DNA from: an uncultured Gammaproteobacteria bacterium
GTDB lineage: Bacteria > Patescibacteriota > Microgenomatia > UBA8517
Direction of reading: 5' to 3'
NCBI GenBank assembly: GCA_964541395.1
Contig: CAZIPM010000002.1
Span: 41,309-105,308, forward strand
DNA length: 64,000 nucleotides
The position numbers were made by a program, and so were the translations under genes. Every line of letters starts with the position of its first letter. Position 1 is the stretch's first letter. Shown in pieces: positions 35,744-45,971 of the stretch. The notes under the pieces were generated by a model. The model saw only the letters and a program-made list of their open reading frames with translations, was not told the origin of the DNA and made no database searches.

Positions 35744-36829
35744 TTATTCTTCTTTATCTTCTTCACCTATTTCTTTGGGAAGTTTTTTTCCTGAAGCTGC
35801 CATTTCCCTGATTTTTTTCTCTAGTTCATCAGCCAGTTTTTTGTTCTCATTTATTGCTGCTTTTGTTCCCTCTCTTCCCTGTGCCAAGACTTTACCCCCG
35901 TAATTAAAAAATGAACCGCTTTTATTAATTAAACCAAGCTCTACAGCTACATCCAAAAGATTCCCCGATTTACTGATACCGTCTTCGTTCATAATATCAA
36001 ACTCCGCCATTCGAAGTGGTGGGGCTACTTTATTTTTAACAATTCTAACTCTCACTCTTGTACCGATTACTGTGTCATTCTCCCCTTTGATTGATTCAAT
36101 TCTTCTTATGTCCAACCTGACAGATGCATAAAATTTCAAGGCCATTCCCCCGGTTGTCGTTTCTGGGTTGCCAAACATAATTCCTATCTTTTGCCTTAAT
36201 TGGTTGGTAAAGATAAGAATTGTTTTGGATTTGGATATAGCTCCTGTCAGTTTTCTTAATGCCTGACTCATAAGCCTTGCCTGAAGGCCCATAACCGCAT
36301 CCCCCATTTCTCCTTCCAGTTCAGCCCTTGGAACTAATGCAGCAACCGAATCAACCACAATTACGTCCAGAGCACCTGATCTGACTAGTGTTTCGGTAAT
36401 TTCCAACGCCTGTTCCCCGGTATCTGGTTGGGAGAGAAGAAGATTGTCTAAATCTACTCCTATAATATCAGCCCTAACAGGATCTAATGCATGTTCCGCA
36501 TCCACAAATGCACACTGTCCTCCTTTTTTTTGCGCCTCCGCGATTATGGATAGTGCCAAAGTAGTTTTACCCGATGCTTCCGGCCCGTAAATCTCCACAA
36601 TACGACCCCTTGGAACCCCTCCTACTCCCAACGCCAAATCAAGTGCAATTGATCCAGTTGGAATGACATCTATGGCAATATTCTTACTACTTTCTCCCAA
36701 CCGCATAATCGAACCTTTGCCATACTGTTTATCTATTTGTTCCATGGCCATTTTAATTGCTTGAAGTTTAGCGCTTGATCCTTCCTGTTTAGTTGGGGCT
36801 ACTACTGTTTCGCTTTTTTTCTTCGCCAT
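35744..36829 (-). CDS. recA: recombinase RecA
   Basis: GPEASGKTT Walker A; RecA signature throughout. Confidence 0.95.
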   Translation of the reverse strand: MAKKKSETVVAPTKQEGSSAKLQAIKMAMEQIDKQYGKGSIMRLGESSKNIAIDVIPTGSIALDLALGVGGVPRGRIVEIYGPEASGKTTLALSIIAEAQKKGGQCAFVDAEHALDPVRADIIGVDLDNLLLSQPDTGEQALEITETLVRSGALDVIVVDSVAALVPRAELEGEMGDAVMGLQARLMSQALRKLTGAISKSKTILIFTNQLRQKIGIMFGNPETTTGGMALKFYASVRLDIRRIESIKGENDTVIGTRVRVRIVKNKVAPPLRMAEFDIMNEDGISKSGNLLDVAVELGLINKSGSFFNYGGKVLAQGREGTKAAINENKKLADELEKKIREMAASGKKLPKEIGEEDKEE

Positions 36830-36862
36830 TTCAAGTTACTTTTTACTCTGATCTATAGTAAA

Positions 36863-37333
36863 ATGCAAGCAGTAAATATGCAGATTTGGCAGAACTATTT
36901 TTTAATATTTTTATTATTTTATTCGTTAATTGCTGTCTTTAATGGTTACAACAAATGTAAAGAAAAGAAGGAAGCTTTTGAGGTAACTAACCTCTTTATT
37001 CCTTTGGGTGCCTGGGTTTGGGGTGATGTTTTGGTCTTTGGAATATTTTGGTTTATTGTTTCCGCTACCTTCCTCTTTATTCTAAAAAACTGGTATCTGT
37101 TTCTCCTAGTTACTTCAATTTACTGGACTGTCAGAAGTTTTGGAGAGATAAACTACTGGTTAAACCAACAGTTTTCAGTAATCAAAAAAAATCCTCCAAA
37201 AAATTTGCTTTTCCATAACATATTTTATAATGACTCTATTTGGTTTATTTATCAAACTGTCTGGCAATGTGTTGCTGTACTGTTTATAATAAGTTCTATC
37301 TATTTCTCATATATCTGGCTTACTAATTTATGA
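36863..37333 (+). CDS. hypothetical membrane protein (four TM helices)
   Basis: ORF; hydrophobic segments. Confidence 0.45.
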   Translation: MQAVNMQIWQNYFLIFLLFYSLIAVFNGYNKCKEKKEAFEVTNLFIPLGAWVWGDVLVFGIFWFIVSATFLFILKNWYLFLLVTSIYWTVRSFGEINYWLNQQFSVIKKNPPKNLLFHNIFYNDSIWFIYQTVWQCVAVLFIISSIYFSYIWLTNL

Positions 37334-37839
37334 ATTTTAAATACTGTCCGTATTGTAAAGGGGATTTGATTAAAAGAGGATTTGAATTTGATTGTAAAAA
37401 CTGTGACAATAAAGTCTATATAAATCCAGCTCCTTGTGTCTCTGTTCTGCCTATAAAAGACGGCCAGGTTTTACTGTCTGTCCGAAAACTTCCTCCTTAT
37501 AAAGGAGAACTTGACTTGATTGGAGGCTTTATGCAACCAAACGAAACAACGGAAGAGTGTGCCATCAGAGAATGTAAAGAAGAAACAGGATTAGATATTA
37601 AGATAATTAAACTATTCGGAACTTATCCCGACAAATACGGGAAAGTGGGTTCTTTTACTATTAATATTCAATATCTGGTTAAAATTATAGATGGAAAAAT
37701 GAAAGCAACTGATGACATTTCAGATCTTAAATGGATAAACATTATGGATATCCCATCTATAAAACTTAATAGTTTTAAGAATACAAAAGTTACTCTAAAA
37801 GACCTATTTAGGTCGTATAGTCGGGAATCTGAGAATTGA
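37330..37839 (+). CDS. NUDIX hydrolase with an N-terminal zinc ribbon
   Basis: CPYCKG...CKNCDN; Nudix box GGFMQPNETTEECAIRECKEETGL. Confidence 0.8.
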   Translation: MNFKYCPYCKGDLIKRGFEFDCKNCDNKVYINPAPCVSVLPIKDGQVLLSVRKLPPYKGELDLIGGFMQPNETTEECAIRECKEETGLDIKIIKLFGTYPDKYGKVGSFTINIQYLVKIIDGKMKATDDISDLKWINIMDIPSIKLNSFKNTKVTLKDLFRSYSRESEN

Positions 37840-37891
37840 ACTCAGGCCTGACGCACCCCATGCGCCAATTCTACCGTTAAACTAATTCCCG
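37821..37891 (-). tRNA. tRNA-Pro (anticodon GGG), CCA not encoded
   Basis: Minus strand CGGGAAT-T-AGTT-TAACGGTAG-AATT-G-GCGCA..ATGGGGT..GCGTC-AGGC-CTGAG-TTCAATT-CTCAG-ATTCCCG-A; perfect 7-bp acceptor stem, T-loop TTCAATT, anticodon loop AU-GGG-GU; the D-arm is slightly irregular. Confidence 0.7.
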
Positions 37892-37982
37892 TTGTTTTAT
37901 CTTTAGTATTCTATCAAACTCAAGGATACAATCCAAACCAACATTTAAATCACTGGCCTTCTGTATATGATAAAATCAAATT

Positions 37983-39659
37983 GTGAAAAGAATTGTGCTG
38001 TTACTTCTTCTTACTGTTATTTTGTCTGCTATTCTACTGACTAAAAATGTTTTTGGTCAAAGTAATGTCAAAACAGTAACTTTTTCCCCAACCACAGATG
38101 ATATCGCCAATCCTGAAAGAGGTTTTATGAGACAATCAAATATATTTGTTGATCAAGCTTTCGATCCTGGTAAATTAAGTGTGAAAAATGCTACCGATAC
38201 TGTTGGTTGGGTGTATTTCCATTTGGAAAATTACAGAGATCCCAGAGACGGACCGGGGGTTAATCTTCCTGACTACCAAGGTAAATCTCTGGAGCCGATC
38301 GGATCTGGGAAAGGTCTTGATACAATTAATAAAACTTTTGCAGACGCAAGAAGTAAAGGTATTAAACTTGTTATCAGATTTTTATATGTAGGTTATCCTG
38401 GTATAGGATCAAACTCAAATCCTGCAACTTCACAACCCGATGCACCAATTAATTTGGTTCAAGAACATCTTAATCAGTTGGCTCCTTTAATGGAACAACA
38501 CAAAGATGTAATCGCAGCTACACAGTTCGGTTTTGTCGGATATTGGGGTGAGTGGCATAGTTCGAAATATTTAGGTGATTTGAATTCAAGAAAAGCAGTA
38601 ATGGATGCGATGCTGGCAGCTGTACCCAAAGACAGAATGATACAGGTTAGATATCCACGTTATAAACAAGCATTCTACGGTGGTCCTCTAACTGATTCCT
38701 CCGCTTTTTCCCAATCTGATTTGGCTCGTATAGGACTTCATGACGATGCTCTTTTTAAGGATTCAACCGATGATGGTACATATAAATCTGCTACAGGAGG
38801 AACTAATATTACCAACTATTGTAATTCCACTGGGTTGACTGACGAGGCTTGCTGGAGAGACTATGTCAAAAAAGATACACCCCATGTTCCGGTTGGAGGT
38901 GAGGCTGGTACACACAGTAGTACGCCATCTACATATGCCCAATGCCCCGCTGCCTTAAATAGTTTTAAGGATTTACACTTTTCATTCCTGCATAATGGAT
39001 ATAGCATGGTTGTCTTAAACTCATGGACAGCTCAGGGATGCATGGATGAAATTAGAAAACAATTGGGCTACAGATTCGTTCTTCAAAAAACAACGCTTCC
39101 ATCCTCTTTTTCTGCAGGAGAATCTATACCTTTGCATTTGGAAATTACAAATGAAGGGTTTTCTGCAATGTATAACGACAGGCCTGTATATTTAGTTTTC
39201 GAAAATATGTCCACAGGAATAAAAGCTTCTTCAAGAATAAACGGAGCAGATCCCAGAAGGTGGAAGCCTGCACATGATCTGGCTGTAAATGTTATTGATA
39301 CCAATGTCACAGTACCTTCAAGTCTTCCACAAGGTAATTACCGAATTTATCTGTATCTGCCAGATGCTTCCGGTAATCTACAAAGTAACTCAAAATATGC
39401 AGTCAGATTTGCAAATGCTAATACTTGGAATGAATCTAGCGGATACAATTTGATTACGGACAATATCCAAATTGGTGGTGGTACCGGTCAAAAATCCCCG
39501 GATTTAAACGGTGACGGTAAAGTAAACATAGTTGATATCGGTCTGATTATTGATCACTACGCGGAATCTCCATTGATTTACACAACGGGAGATTTAAACG
39601 GTGACGGAAAAATAAATATTGTTGATGTTGGAATTATTATTGATAATTATCAAATATGA
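37983..39659 (+). CDS. secreted protein with a possible glycoside-hydrolase-like domain and two C-terminal type-I dockerin repeats
   Basis: Signal peptide; GFVGYWGEWHSS; C-terminal DLNGDGKVNIVDIGLIIDHY and DLNGDGKINIVDVGIIIDNY. Confidence 0.55.
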   Translation: MKRIVLLLLLTVILSAILLTKNVFGQSNVKTVTFSPTTDDIANPERGFMRQSNIFVDQAFDPGKLSVKNATDTVGWVYFHLENYRDPRDGPGVNLPDYQGKSLEPIGSGKGLDTINKTFADARSKGIKLVIRFLYVGYPGIGSNSNPATSQPDAPINLVQEHLNQLAPLMEQHKDVIAATQFGFVGYWGEWHSSKYLGDLNSRKAVMDAMLAAVPKDRMIQVRYPRYKQAFYGGPLTDSSAFSQSDLARIGLHDDALFKDSTDDGTYKSATGGTNITNYCNSTGLTDEACWRDYVKKDTPHVPVGGEAGTHSSTPSTYAQCPAALNSFKDLHFSFLHNGYSMVVLNSWTAQGCMDEIRKQLGYRFVLQKTTLPSSFSAGESIPLHLEITNEGFSAMYNDRPVYLVFENMSTGIKASSRINGADPRRWKPAHDLAVNVIDTNVTVPSSLPQGNYRIYLYLPDASGNLQSNSKYAVRFANANTWNESSGYNLITDNIQIGGGTGQKSPDLNGDGKVNIVDIGLIIDHYAESPLIYTTGDLNGDGKINIVDVGIIIDNYQI

Positions 39660-39670
39660 TATGATTATTT

Positions 39671-40801
39671 ATGGCTATAACCAGTTTTAAATTTCCTCGT
39701 ATGACACTCAAATTAATTGGTTTCATTGTCCTAATTTTAAGTCTGGTGGTGGGAGTTGTTTTGGTTAAGCAAAATCAGAATGTCAATGAAAAAGCAGTGG
39801 GCACTACTGTGAGATTTGCCGTAATAGGTGACTATGGAAACGGATCAAATAACGAAGCTTCTGTAGCTAACATGGTCAAATCATTAAACCCCGAATTTAT
39901 TACAACGACTGGAGATAATAACTATCCCGATGGAGCAGCATCAACTTTTGACGATCATGTCGGTAAATACTACAGTAATTATATTTATCCCTATAAAGGC
40001 GCTTACGGATCAACTGCTACTACCAACAAATTTTTTCCTACACCTGGAAATCATGACTGGCATACTCCAGGACTCGCAGGATATCTTGATTACTTTACCC
40101 TACCTGGGAACGAAAGATATTATGACTTTGTCTCGGGACCGGTACACTTTTTCATGATTGATAGTGATCCTGCAGAACCGGATAGTAGCAAAAGTACAGG
40201 TGCTCAAGCAGCTTGGCTAAGAACTAAAATGTCAGCATCTACTGCTCCTTTTCAGTTTGTCTTTATGCACCATGCCCCATTTTCGTCCAGTACAACACAC
40301 GGTTCAAGACCTGAGATTCAATGGCCGTTTAAAGATTGGGGTGCCGATGCCGTATTTTCGGGACATGATCATACCTATGAAAGGTTATCTATAAACGGTA
40401 TTCCTTATTTTGTAAACGGGGCGGGCGGGGCAGGAATGTACCCCATCGGGGTACCGATTGCCGGAAGTCAATTTACAAACGATAACCAACATGGGGCGAT
40501 GTTGGTTGATGCAATTGCTACCCAAGCAACTTTTAAGTTTTATAACACTGCAGGAGCTGTTCTTGATAGTGTCTCAATTTCAAGTTCTGGTGGTACTCTT
40601 CCCACCGATTCTCCAACAAATCCGCCGGGTAGTACCCCTGGAGATGTCAACAAAGACGGAAAAGTTAATATAGTAGATATAGGATTAATAATAGACCATT
40701 ACGGCGAAGCCCCACTTGTTTATACCAATGCTGATTTAAATAATGACGGAAAAGTTACAATAATTGATATTGGTATTGTGATTGATAATTACGCAATTTA
40801 G
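39671..40801 (+). CDS. secreted calcineurin-like metallophosphoesterase (purple-acid-phosphatase-like) with two C-terminal type-I dockerin repeats
   Basis: GDYGNG, TTGDNNY, GNHDW and GHDHTYER metal-ligand motifs; DVNKDGKVNIVDIGLIIDHY and DLNNDGKVTIIDIGIVIDNY. Confidence 0.75.
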   Translation: MAITSFKFPRMTLKLIGFIVLILSLVVGVVLVKQNQNVNEKAVGTTVRFAVIGDYGNGSNNEASVANMVKSLNPEFITTTGDNNYPDGAASTFDDHVGKYYSNYIYPYKGAYGSTATTNKFFPTPGNHDWHTPGLAGYLDYFTLPGNERYYDFVSGPVHFFMIDSDPAEPDSSKSTGAQAAWLRTKMSASTAPFQFVFMHHAPFSSSTTHGSRPEIQWPFKDWGADAVFSGHDHTYERLSINGIPYFVNGAGGAGMYPIGVPIAGSQFTNDNQHGAMLVDAIATQATFKFYNTAGAVLDSVSISSSGGTLPTDSPTNPPGSTPGDVNKDGKVNIVDIGLIIDHYGEAPLVYTNADLNNDGKVTIIDIGIVIDNYAI

Positions 40802-40803
40802 GT

Positions 40804-42006
40804 TTACTCATATCTAATAGCGTCAATTGGAGAGAGTTTGGCAGCCCTTCGAGCAGGGAATACTCCAAATAATATTCCTATCGCCGAAGAAACTACTATT
40901 GCTACCAATACTGCAATCGGATTTAAACTTGCCGGGAAAAAGAATCTAACAACCCAAATAATAATTGCGGAAACTATTAAACCCGCAATACCTCCAAGAA
41001 GTGACAATACGATAGATTCCGTCAAAAATTGTAATAGTACATCTTTTTGAGTCGCCCCGATTGCCCGACGTATTCCTATTTCCTTTGTTCGCTCCGTTAC
41101 TGTCGCGTACATAATATTCATAATTCCAATACCTCCAACAAACAACGAAATTGAACCTATGGCAATAAGAACAGTGTTTATAATTGAAAATATTTGACTG
41201 ATAGAACTTAGCAGTTCAGATTGTTCGGTAACAGCAAAATCATCCTCATTATATCTTTTCAAAAGTGTATCCTCCGCTTTTTTCCTTGCAATGGTTATCA
41301 AATCATCGGACTTTATTCCTAAATATATTGACCAAAATTTCTTGTCAGGGTTAAGACTTCCATACGTTGCCTTATATGGAACAAAAATGGCTGTATCTAC
41401 CTGCCTGTCACCTTTTTTTTTGGAAACCCCAATCACTTTATATCTTTGATTTTCAAAGCGGATGGTTTTGCCTATTGCCGCAGCTGCTTCTTTAAACAGA
41501 TCTGTTGCCATTGTATTTCCCAAAACAGCCACTTTTGAACTTCCCTGTAAATCACTTTTTCCGAATAATTTACCGCTTTCAACTTCAATGTTCATTAACT
41601 TAAATCCATCTTCATTAATTCCCATTACACTTCCAAATTTACTGGTACCTGCACTTTCCACAGAGGTGCCTTTCATAAAAATTGGAACCACATAATCAAT
41701 TTCAGAAATTCTTGATAAACTATTAAGGTCCTGCTCGTCAAAACTAACTCCGCCTACAGTTCCCTGTCCACCAAAACCAGCTCCCCCTTCTCCGGTAAAA
41801 CCACTTCCAGGTAAGATCATTATTAAGTTTGCACCCATACTTTCAAATTGACTTTGAATATAATTTTTTAAACCAAGTCCTAGTGCAATCAATAGCACCA
41901 CTGATAACACTCCAACCATAATTCCCAGGGAGGTTAAAAATGTTCTGACTTTATTTCTTTTGAAATCATCAAAAGCAGATTTTAATAAACTTTTATACGT
42001 TTTCAT
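40804..42006 (-). CDS. ABC transporter permease, FtsX/MacB-like
   Basis: N-terminal TM helix, large periplasmic domain, C-terminal FtsX four-helix bundle. Confidence 0.8.
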   Translation of the reverse strand: MKTYKSLLKSAFDDFKRNKVRTFLTSLGIMVGVLSVVLLIALGLGLKNYIQSQFESMGANLIMILPGSGFTGEGGAGFGGQGTVGGVSFDEQDLNSLSRISEIDYVVPIFMKGTSVESAGTSKFGSVMGINEDGFKLMNIEVESGKLFGKSDLQGSSKVAVLGNTMATDLFKEAAAAIGKTIRFENQRYKVIGVSKKKGDRQVDTAIFVPYKATYGSLNPDKKFWSIYLGIKSDDLITIARKKAEDTLLKRYNEDDFAVTEQSELLSSISQIFSIINTVLIAIGSISLFVGGIGIMNIMYATVTERTKEIGIRRAIGATQKDVLLQFLTESIVLSLLGGIAGLIVSAIIIWVVRFFFPASLNPIAVLVAIVVSSAIGILFGVFPARRAAKLSPIDAIRYE

Positions 42007-42680
42007 TTGTATTTACCAACAACTTTACCATCCTTAATATAAATTTGTCTTTTTGTTCTGTCTGCAACTTCTTTTTCATGGGTGACAATAATAACTGTTA
42101 CCCCAGTATTTTTATTCAGATCCTCCAGAATATCCAATATCTCATTACCTGTTTTACTATCCAGATTTCCTGTCGGTTCGTCAGCGAGTATAAGATCAGG
42201 GCTCATTATTAACGATCTGGCAATCGCTACTTTCTGTTGTTGTCCGCCTGATATTTTATTGGGGTAAAAATTAAGTCTGTCCCCCATACCAAATTTAGAT
42301 AAAAGACCGTTTGCTTTTTTAATTGGATCAAAATCGAGTCTACCTTTAAAATAAGTGGCTGGCAGAACAACATTTTCCAAAACCGTCAATTTGTTTATTA
42401 AATTAAATTGCTGGAAAACAAATCCGACAAATTTATTTCTGAGAATCGAAAGACTATCATCTGACAACCTTGATATGTCTTTGCCGTTTATATGGATTCT
42501 TCCTTCAGTGGGTTGATCCAATAAACCAATGATATGCATCAAAGTAGATTTACCGGAGCCTGATGAGCCTAAAATCGAAGTGTATTCTCCCCTTTTAATT
42601 TTTAGAGTAACATTATCAACTGCAATTACTTTTTCCTCACCAAGATAATAAGTCTTTGAAACATTGTTTAAATTAATCAT
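42003..42680 (-). CDS. ABC transporter ATP-binding protein (MacB/LolD-type)
   Basis: GSSGSGKST, LSGGQQQ, ILADEPTGNLD. Confidence 0.85.
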   Translation of the reverse strand: MINLNNVSKTYYLGEEKVIAVDNVTLKIKRGEYTSILGSSGSGKSTLMHIIGLLDQPTEGRIHINGKDISRLSDDSLSILRNKFVGFVFQQFNLINKLTVLENVVLPATYFKGRLDFDPIKKANGLLSKFGMGDRLNFYPNKISGGQQQKVAIARSLIMSPDLILADEPTGNLDSKTGNEILDILEDLNKNTGVTVIIVTHEKEVADRTKRQIYIKDGKVVGKYK

Positions 42681-43683
42681 AGATTAGCTGACCTTCGGAA
42701 ATAGCACCTATTACTTCCACATTTTCTTCAGATTCGATACCTGTATTAATATATACTTTGCCTTTTTTTTCATCTGTTTTTAGGTATGACCCGGTTTTAT
42801 CCTGTTTGATAAAATTTGCAGGTACAAAAAGTGTATTTTCTTTTTCGGAAATAACAAATTTCGCATCTCCTGTCATGGCAATTTTAAACCTAGAATCATT
42901 TAATTTAATTCCTGTAAATTCTACTTTTACGGAATATACTGAACCGGATTCTCCTACTTTAGGAGTAAATGAAATTCTATCTATCCGACCTTCAAAAGTT
43001 TTGTCGGTAAACGGATCAATAACAATTTCAACTTTTTGACCTACTGACAGTTTTATTACTTCTGTCTGATCGGCAACCACGTCAAAATAAATTGTAGTGG
43101 GATCAATCAATTCAGCTTCTGTCTGACCGACAGACGCAAATACTTGCGTGAATGGATGTGCAAGATAAGTCACATAACCAGTAAAGGGGGCATATAAACT
43201 GGCACCGTCTAAATTTCTTTTAGCAGCGATTACTCCTTCATACGCTTTATCTTTATTAACCTCTGCAGTTGTTCTTAGATCTTTTTGGGCAAAGGTTTCA
43301 TCACCCGTGTGGTCTTTGACTTGATTATAGACATTTTCGACTGTTGCCTGGTAAAGTCTTAAGTTGGCTTGAGCTATTTGATAATTGCTATTTAAAACTG
43401 TGGTGTCTAGTTTGGATAATAATTTTCCTTTATTTACAAAATCCCCCTCGGTTACCCCGATATAGACTATTTTTCCGGATGATTCAAATGAAAGTTTGGC
43501 ATAATTTGAGGCGTTAACAGATCCAGATAAAACAAGTTCTTCTGAAATTTTACCTTTTTGTATTTCTGTTGTTTTTATTTCTTTATTAGAATTTCTAAAA
43601 ACAAAAAATAAAATTCCTCCTAAAACAATTAGGATAAACAGGACAAGTTTCCATCTTTTTGCTGCCAAACGAATTATTTTCAT
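42673..43683 (-). CDS. efflux periplasmic adaptor (HlyD/MacA-like membrane fusion protein)
   Basis: N-terminal TM helix, coiled-coil and beta-barrel segments; in an operon with the macB-like genes. Confidence 0.7.
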   Translation of the reverse strand: MKIIRLAAKRWKLVLFILIVLGGILFFVFRNSNKEIKTTEIQKGKISEELVLSGSVNASNYAKLSFESSGKIVYIGVTEGDFVNKGKLLSKLDTTVLNSNYQIAQANLRLYQATVENVYNQVKDHTGDETFAQKDLRTTAEVNKDKAYEGVIAAKRNLDGASLYAPFTGYVTYLAHPFTQVFASVGQTEAELIDPTTIYFDVVADQTEVIKLSVGQKVEIVIDPFTDKTFEGRIDRISFTPKVGESGSVYSVKVEFTGIKLNDSRFKIAMTGDAKFVISEKENTLFVPANFIKQDKTGSYLKTDEKKGKVYINTGIESEENVEVIGAISEGQLIYD

Positions 43684-43706
43684 AGTTAGATAATATTGGA
43701 TTTATT

Positions 43707-44135
43707 TTATCTTTTTGGTGATTGTTTCTGTCTTCTGGCTTTACCACCAGTTCCAACCATTCTTCGAAGCCTACGTCTCGAATCACGAGTCAGAAGTCCT
43801 AATTTTTTAAGAGGTTTTCTGTATTTATCACCGTCCAAACCAGTTAATGCTCTTGATATCCCATGAACTAATGCATCTAATTGTCCTTTTTTACCTCCAC
43901 CGGTAACCTTCGCAGTAAAATAATATTTATCTAAAGTTTCGGTTTCTACAAGTGGTTTTTCTATAACTGTTTTAGAAGCCTTGCCAGGAAAATAATCAAA
44001 TACTTTTTTATTATTAACTAAGCTATCTTCTTTACCTTTTAAAAGGCGTACACGGGCAGAAGAAGTTTTTCTTCTTCCTAATGCTTTGGTATATTTACGA
44101 TCAATTGATTTTTTATTAATTAAATTTTGCTTCAT
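43707..44135 (-). CDS. rpsI: 30S ribosomal protein S9
   Basis: GGGKKGQLDALVHGISRAL...RRQKQSPKR. Confidence 0.9.
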   Translation of the reverse strand: MKQNLINKKSIDRKYTKALGRRKTSSARVRLLKGKEDSLVNNKKVFDYFPGKASKTVIEKPLVETETLDKYYFTAKVTGGGKKGQLDALVHGISRALTGLDGDKYRKPLKKLGLLTRDSRRRLRRMVGTGGKARRQKQSPKR

Positions 44136-44544
44136 ATTTATGTTTACTGCCTGAAAATATAAATAATCTGGCCATTCTGTCTGCTTTTAATCTGTTGTCG
44201 GGAAGCATTCCCGAGACAGCTTTTTCAACAATTTTGTTTGGTTGCTCTTTGTTCATCTTTTCAAAACTTACTTCTTTAAATCCACCTGGATACCCAGAAT
44301 GGCTTCGATATACTTTTTGTTCTGTTTTTTTACCCGTTAAAACAATGTCTTTTGAGTTAACTACAACCACATAATCACCGCTATCCATATGGGCCGAATA
44401 ATCAGCTTTTTGTTTCCCCATTAAAAATGTAGCGATCTGGGTCGCGCTTCTACCTAAGATCTGGCCTTTAATATCAATTAAATGCCAACTTCTTTTAACT
44501 TGTTTTTGTGTTGGCTGGTAAGTCTTTTTCATTCTTTTTGACAA
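44116..44544 (-). CDS. rplM: 50S ribosomal protein L13
   Basis: WHLIDIKGQILGR... Confidence 0.9.
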   Translation of the reverse strand: MSKRMKKTYQPTQKQVKRSWHLIDIKGQILGRSATQIATFLMGKQKADYSAHMDSGDYVVVVNSKDIVLTGKKTEQKVYRSHSGYPGGFKEVSFEKMNKEQPNKIVEKAVSGMLPDNRLKADRMARLFIFSGSKHKYEAKFN

Positions 44545-44926
44545 CTTTCTTTTCTTTTTCAGAAACTATTTGTTTAACAAATTCCATTCTAACCATTGCT
44601 GCCATATCACCTAAACGGTTAGGTAAAGTAACAATTCTGGTAAAACCACTGTTTCTGTCGTCAAATTCTTTGGCAATATCACGCCAAAGAATTGTTGCAA
44701 CTTTTTTATTTCCTCTTAATTTAGAAAGAACATTACGTTTAGAGACAAGAGTACCTTTTTTAGACAAAACAACTAATTTGTCAATTAAGGGAATTAATGC
44801 TTTTGCCTTGGCTTTGGTCGTAATAATCTTTTTATGCACCACCAAATTTTCCGCAAGGGTTACGAAAAGAGCTTCTCTGGAAGATCTTTCTCTTGAGAGT
44901 TTTCTTCCAAAAACCTTTTTCCTCAT
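44495..44926 (-). CDS. rplQ: 50S ribosomal protein L17
   Basis: KLSRERSSREALF... Confidence 0.9.
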   Translation of the reverse strand: MRKKVFGRKLSRERSSREALFVTLAENLVVHKKIITTKAKAKALIPLIDKLVVLSKKGTLVSKRNVLSKLRGNKKVATILWRDIAKEFDDRNSGFTRIVTLPNRLGDMAAMVRMEFVKQIVSEKEKKVVKKNEKDLPANTKTS

Positions 44927-44950
44927 ATTAAAAAGTCTAAGCGATAAAGC

Positions 44951-45859
44951 TTAGAACTCTACTCCTTTCTCGCCAAGTGCTGCTGCAATAATCTTTAATG
45001 ATTTCTCTCCCAAATTTCTTACTTTTACCAATTCTGTTTTATCTGCTTTTATCAGATCCTCAACTGTTTCAAATCCTGCCTTATTTAAAGCATTTGCTAC
45101 CCTGGTTGGAAGTCCTATTTCTTCAACAGATAATCTTCCGACTGATCCCAAATTTACTCCTTCATCAACGATTGGGGCTGCTACAGCTTTTTTAGGACTG
45201 ACAATCTGCTTAAAGTATTCAACTAAGATATTTGCTGCCTGTACTAACGTGTCTTTTGGACCGACAGTTCCGTCCGTCCAAACTTCCATAGTTAATTTGT
45301 CAAAATTAGTAAGTCTTCCTACACGGGTTTCTTCAACTTTATAGTTGACTCTTAGTACCGGTGAAAAAGATGCGTCCAAAGGAATTAGTCCAATCTCTTT
45401 AATGGATTTGGAGTCTGCAGTAACATATCCTACTCCGTTTTCAATAACAAGATCTGCATCAAGTTTTGCCCCCTTGTTTAAAACTGACAAAACCAGTTCC
45501 GGATTAGCAATCTTTACATCACTAGGTACTTTTATATCTCCTGCTTTGACCTCTCCTGATGTTGTGACTTTTAAACTGGCTCTGACAGGACCTTCTCCAG
45601 TATAAGTTAAGCGAACCTTTTTAAGGTTCAAGCAGAATTCTACTACATCCTCTTTCATTCCAACTAAGGAAGAAAACTGATGTCTGACACCGGCGATTTT
45701 AACAGATGTAAAAGCAGCACCATGTAAAGAAGTCAAAAGTACTCTTCTTAAGGAATTACCTAATGTATAACCATACCCCTGTTCCAAAGGAGTTATGACT
45801 AAAGTAGCATAATCTTTTTTTGATTCTATTTCTTGTATTTCAAATAATGGTTGCGACAT
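44951..45859 (-). CDS. rpoA: DNA-directed RNA polymerase subunit alpha
   Basis: N-terminal dimerisation domain and C-terminal domain; strong SD GAGGAGGTGA. Confidence 0.9.
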   Translation of the reverse strand: MSQPLFEIQEIESKKDYATLVITPLEQGYGYTLGNSLRRVLLTSLHGAAFTSVKIAGVRHQFSSLVGMKEDVVEFCLNLKKVRLTYTGEGPVRASLKVTTSGEVKAGDIKVPSDVKIANPELVLSVLNKGAKLDADLVIENGVGYVTADSKSIKEIGLIPLDASFSPVLRVNYKVEETRVGRLTNFDKLTMEVWTDGTVGPKDTLVQAANILVEYFKQIVSPKKAVAAPIVDEGVNLGSVGRLSVEEIGLPTRVANALNKAGFETVEDLIKADKTELVKVRNLGEKSLKIIAAALGEKGVEF

Positions 45860-45971
45860 AAAGTATCACCTCCTCAAAATAACAGAGTTTTTAAAACTCC
45901 GTAAAAAAATTACCGACGAGATGGAATTTTATCAGTTTATTGAGTAATGATCAACCTGATCAATACAAATA

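Noticed and set aside
45900-45960. TGATCA direct repeats between rpoA and rpsD
   Set aside because: Short palindromic hexamers in an AT-rich spacer with no further structure.
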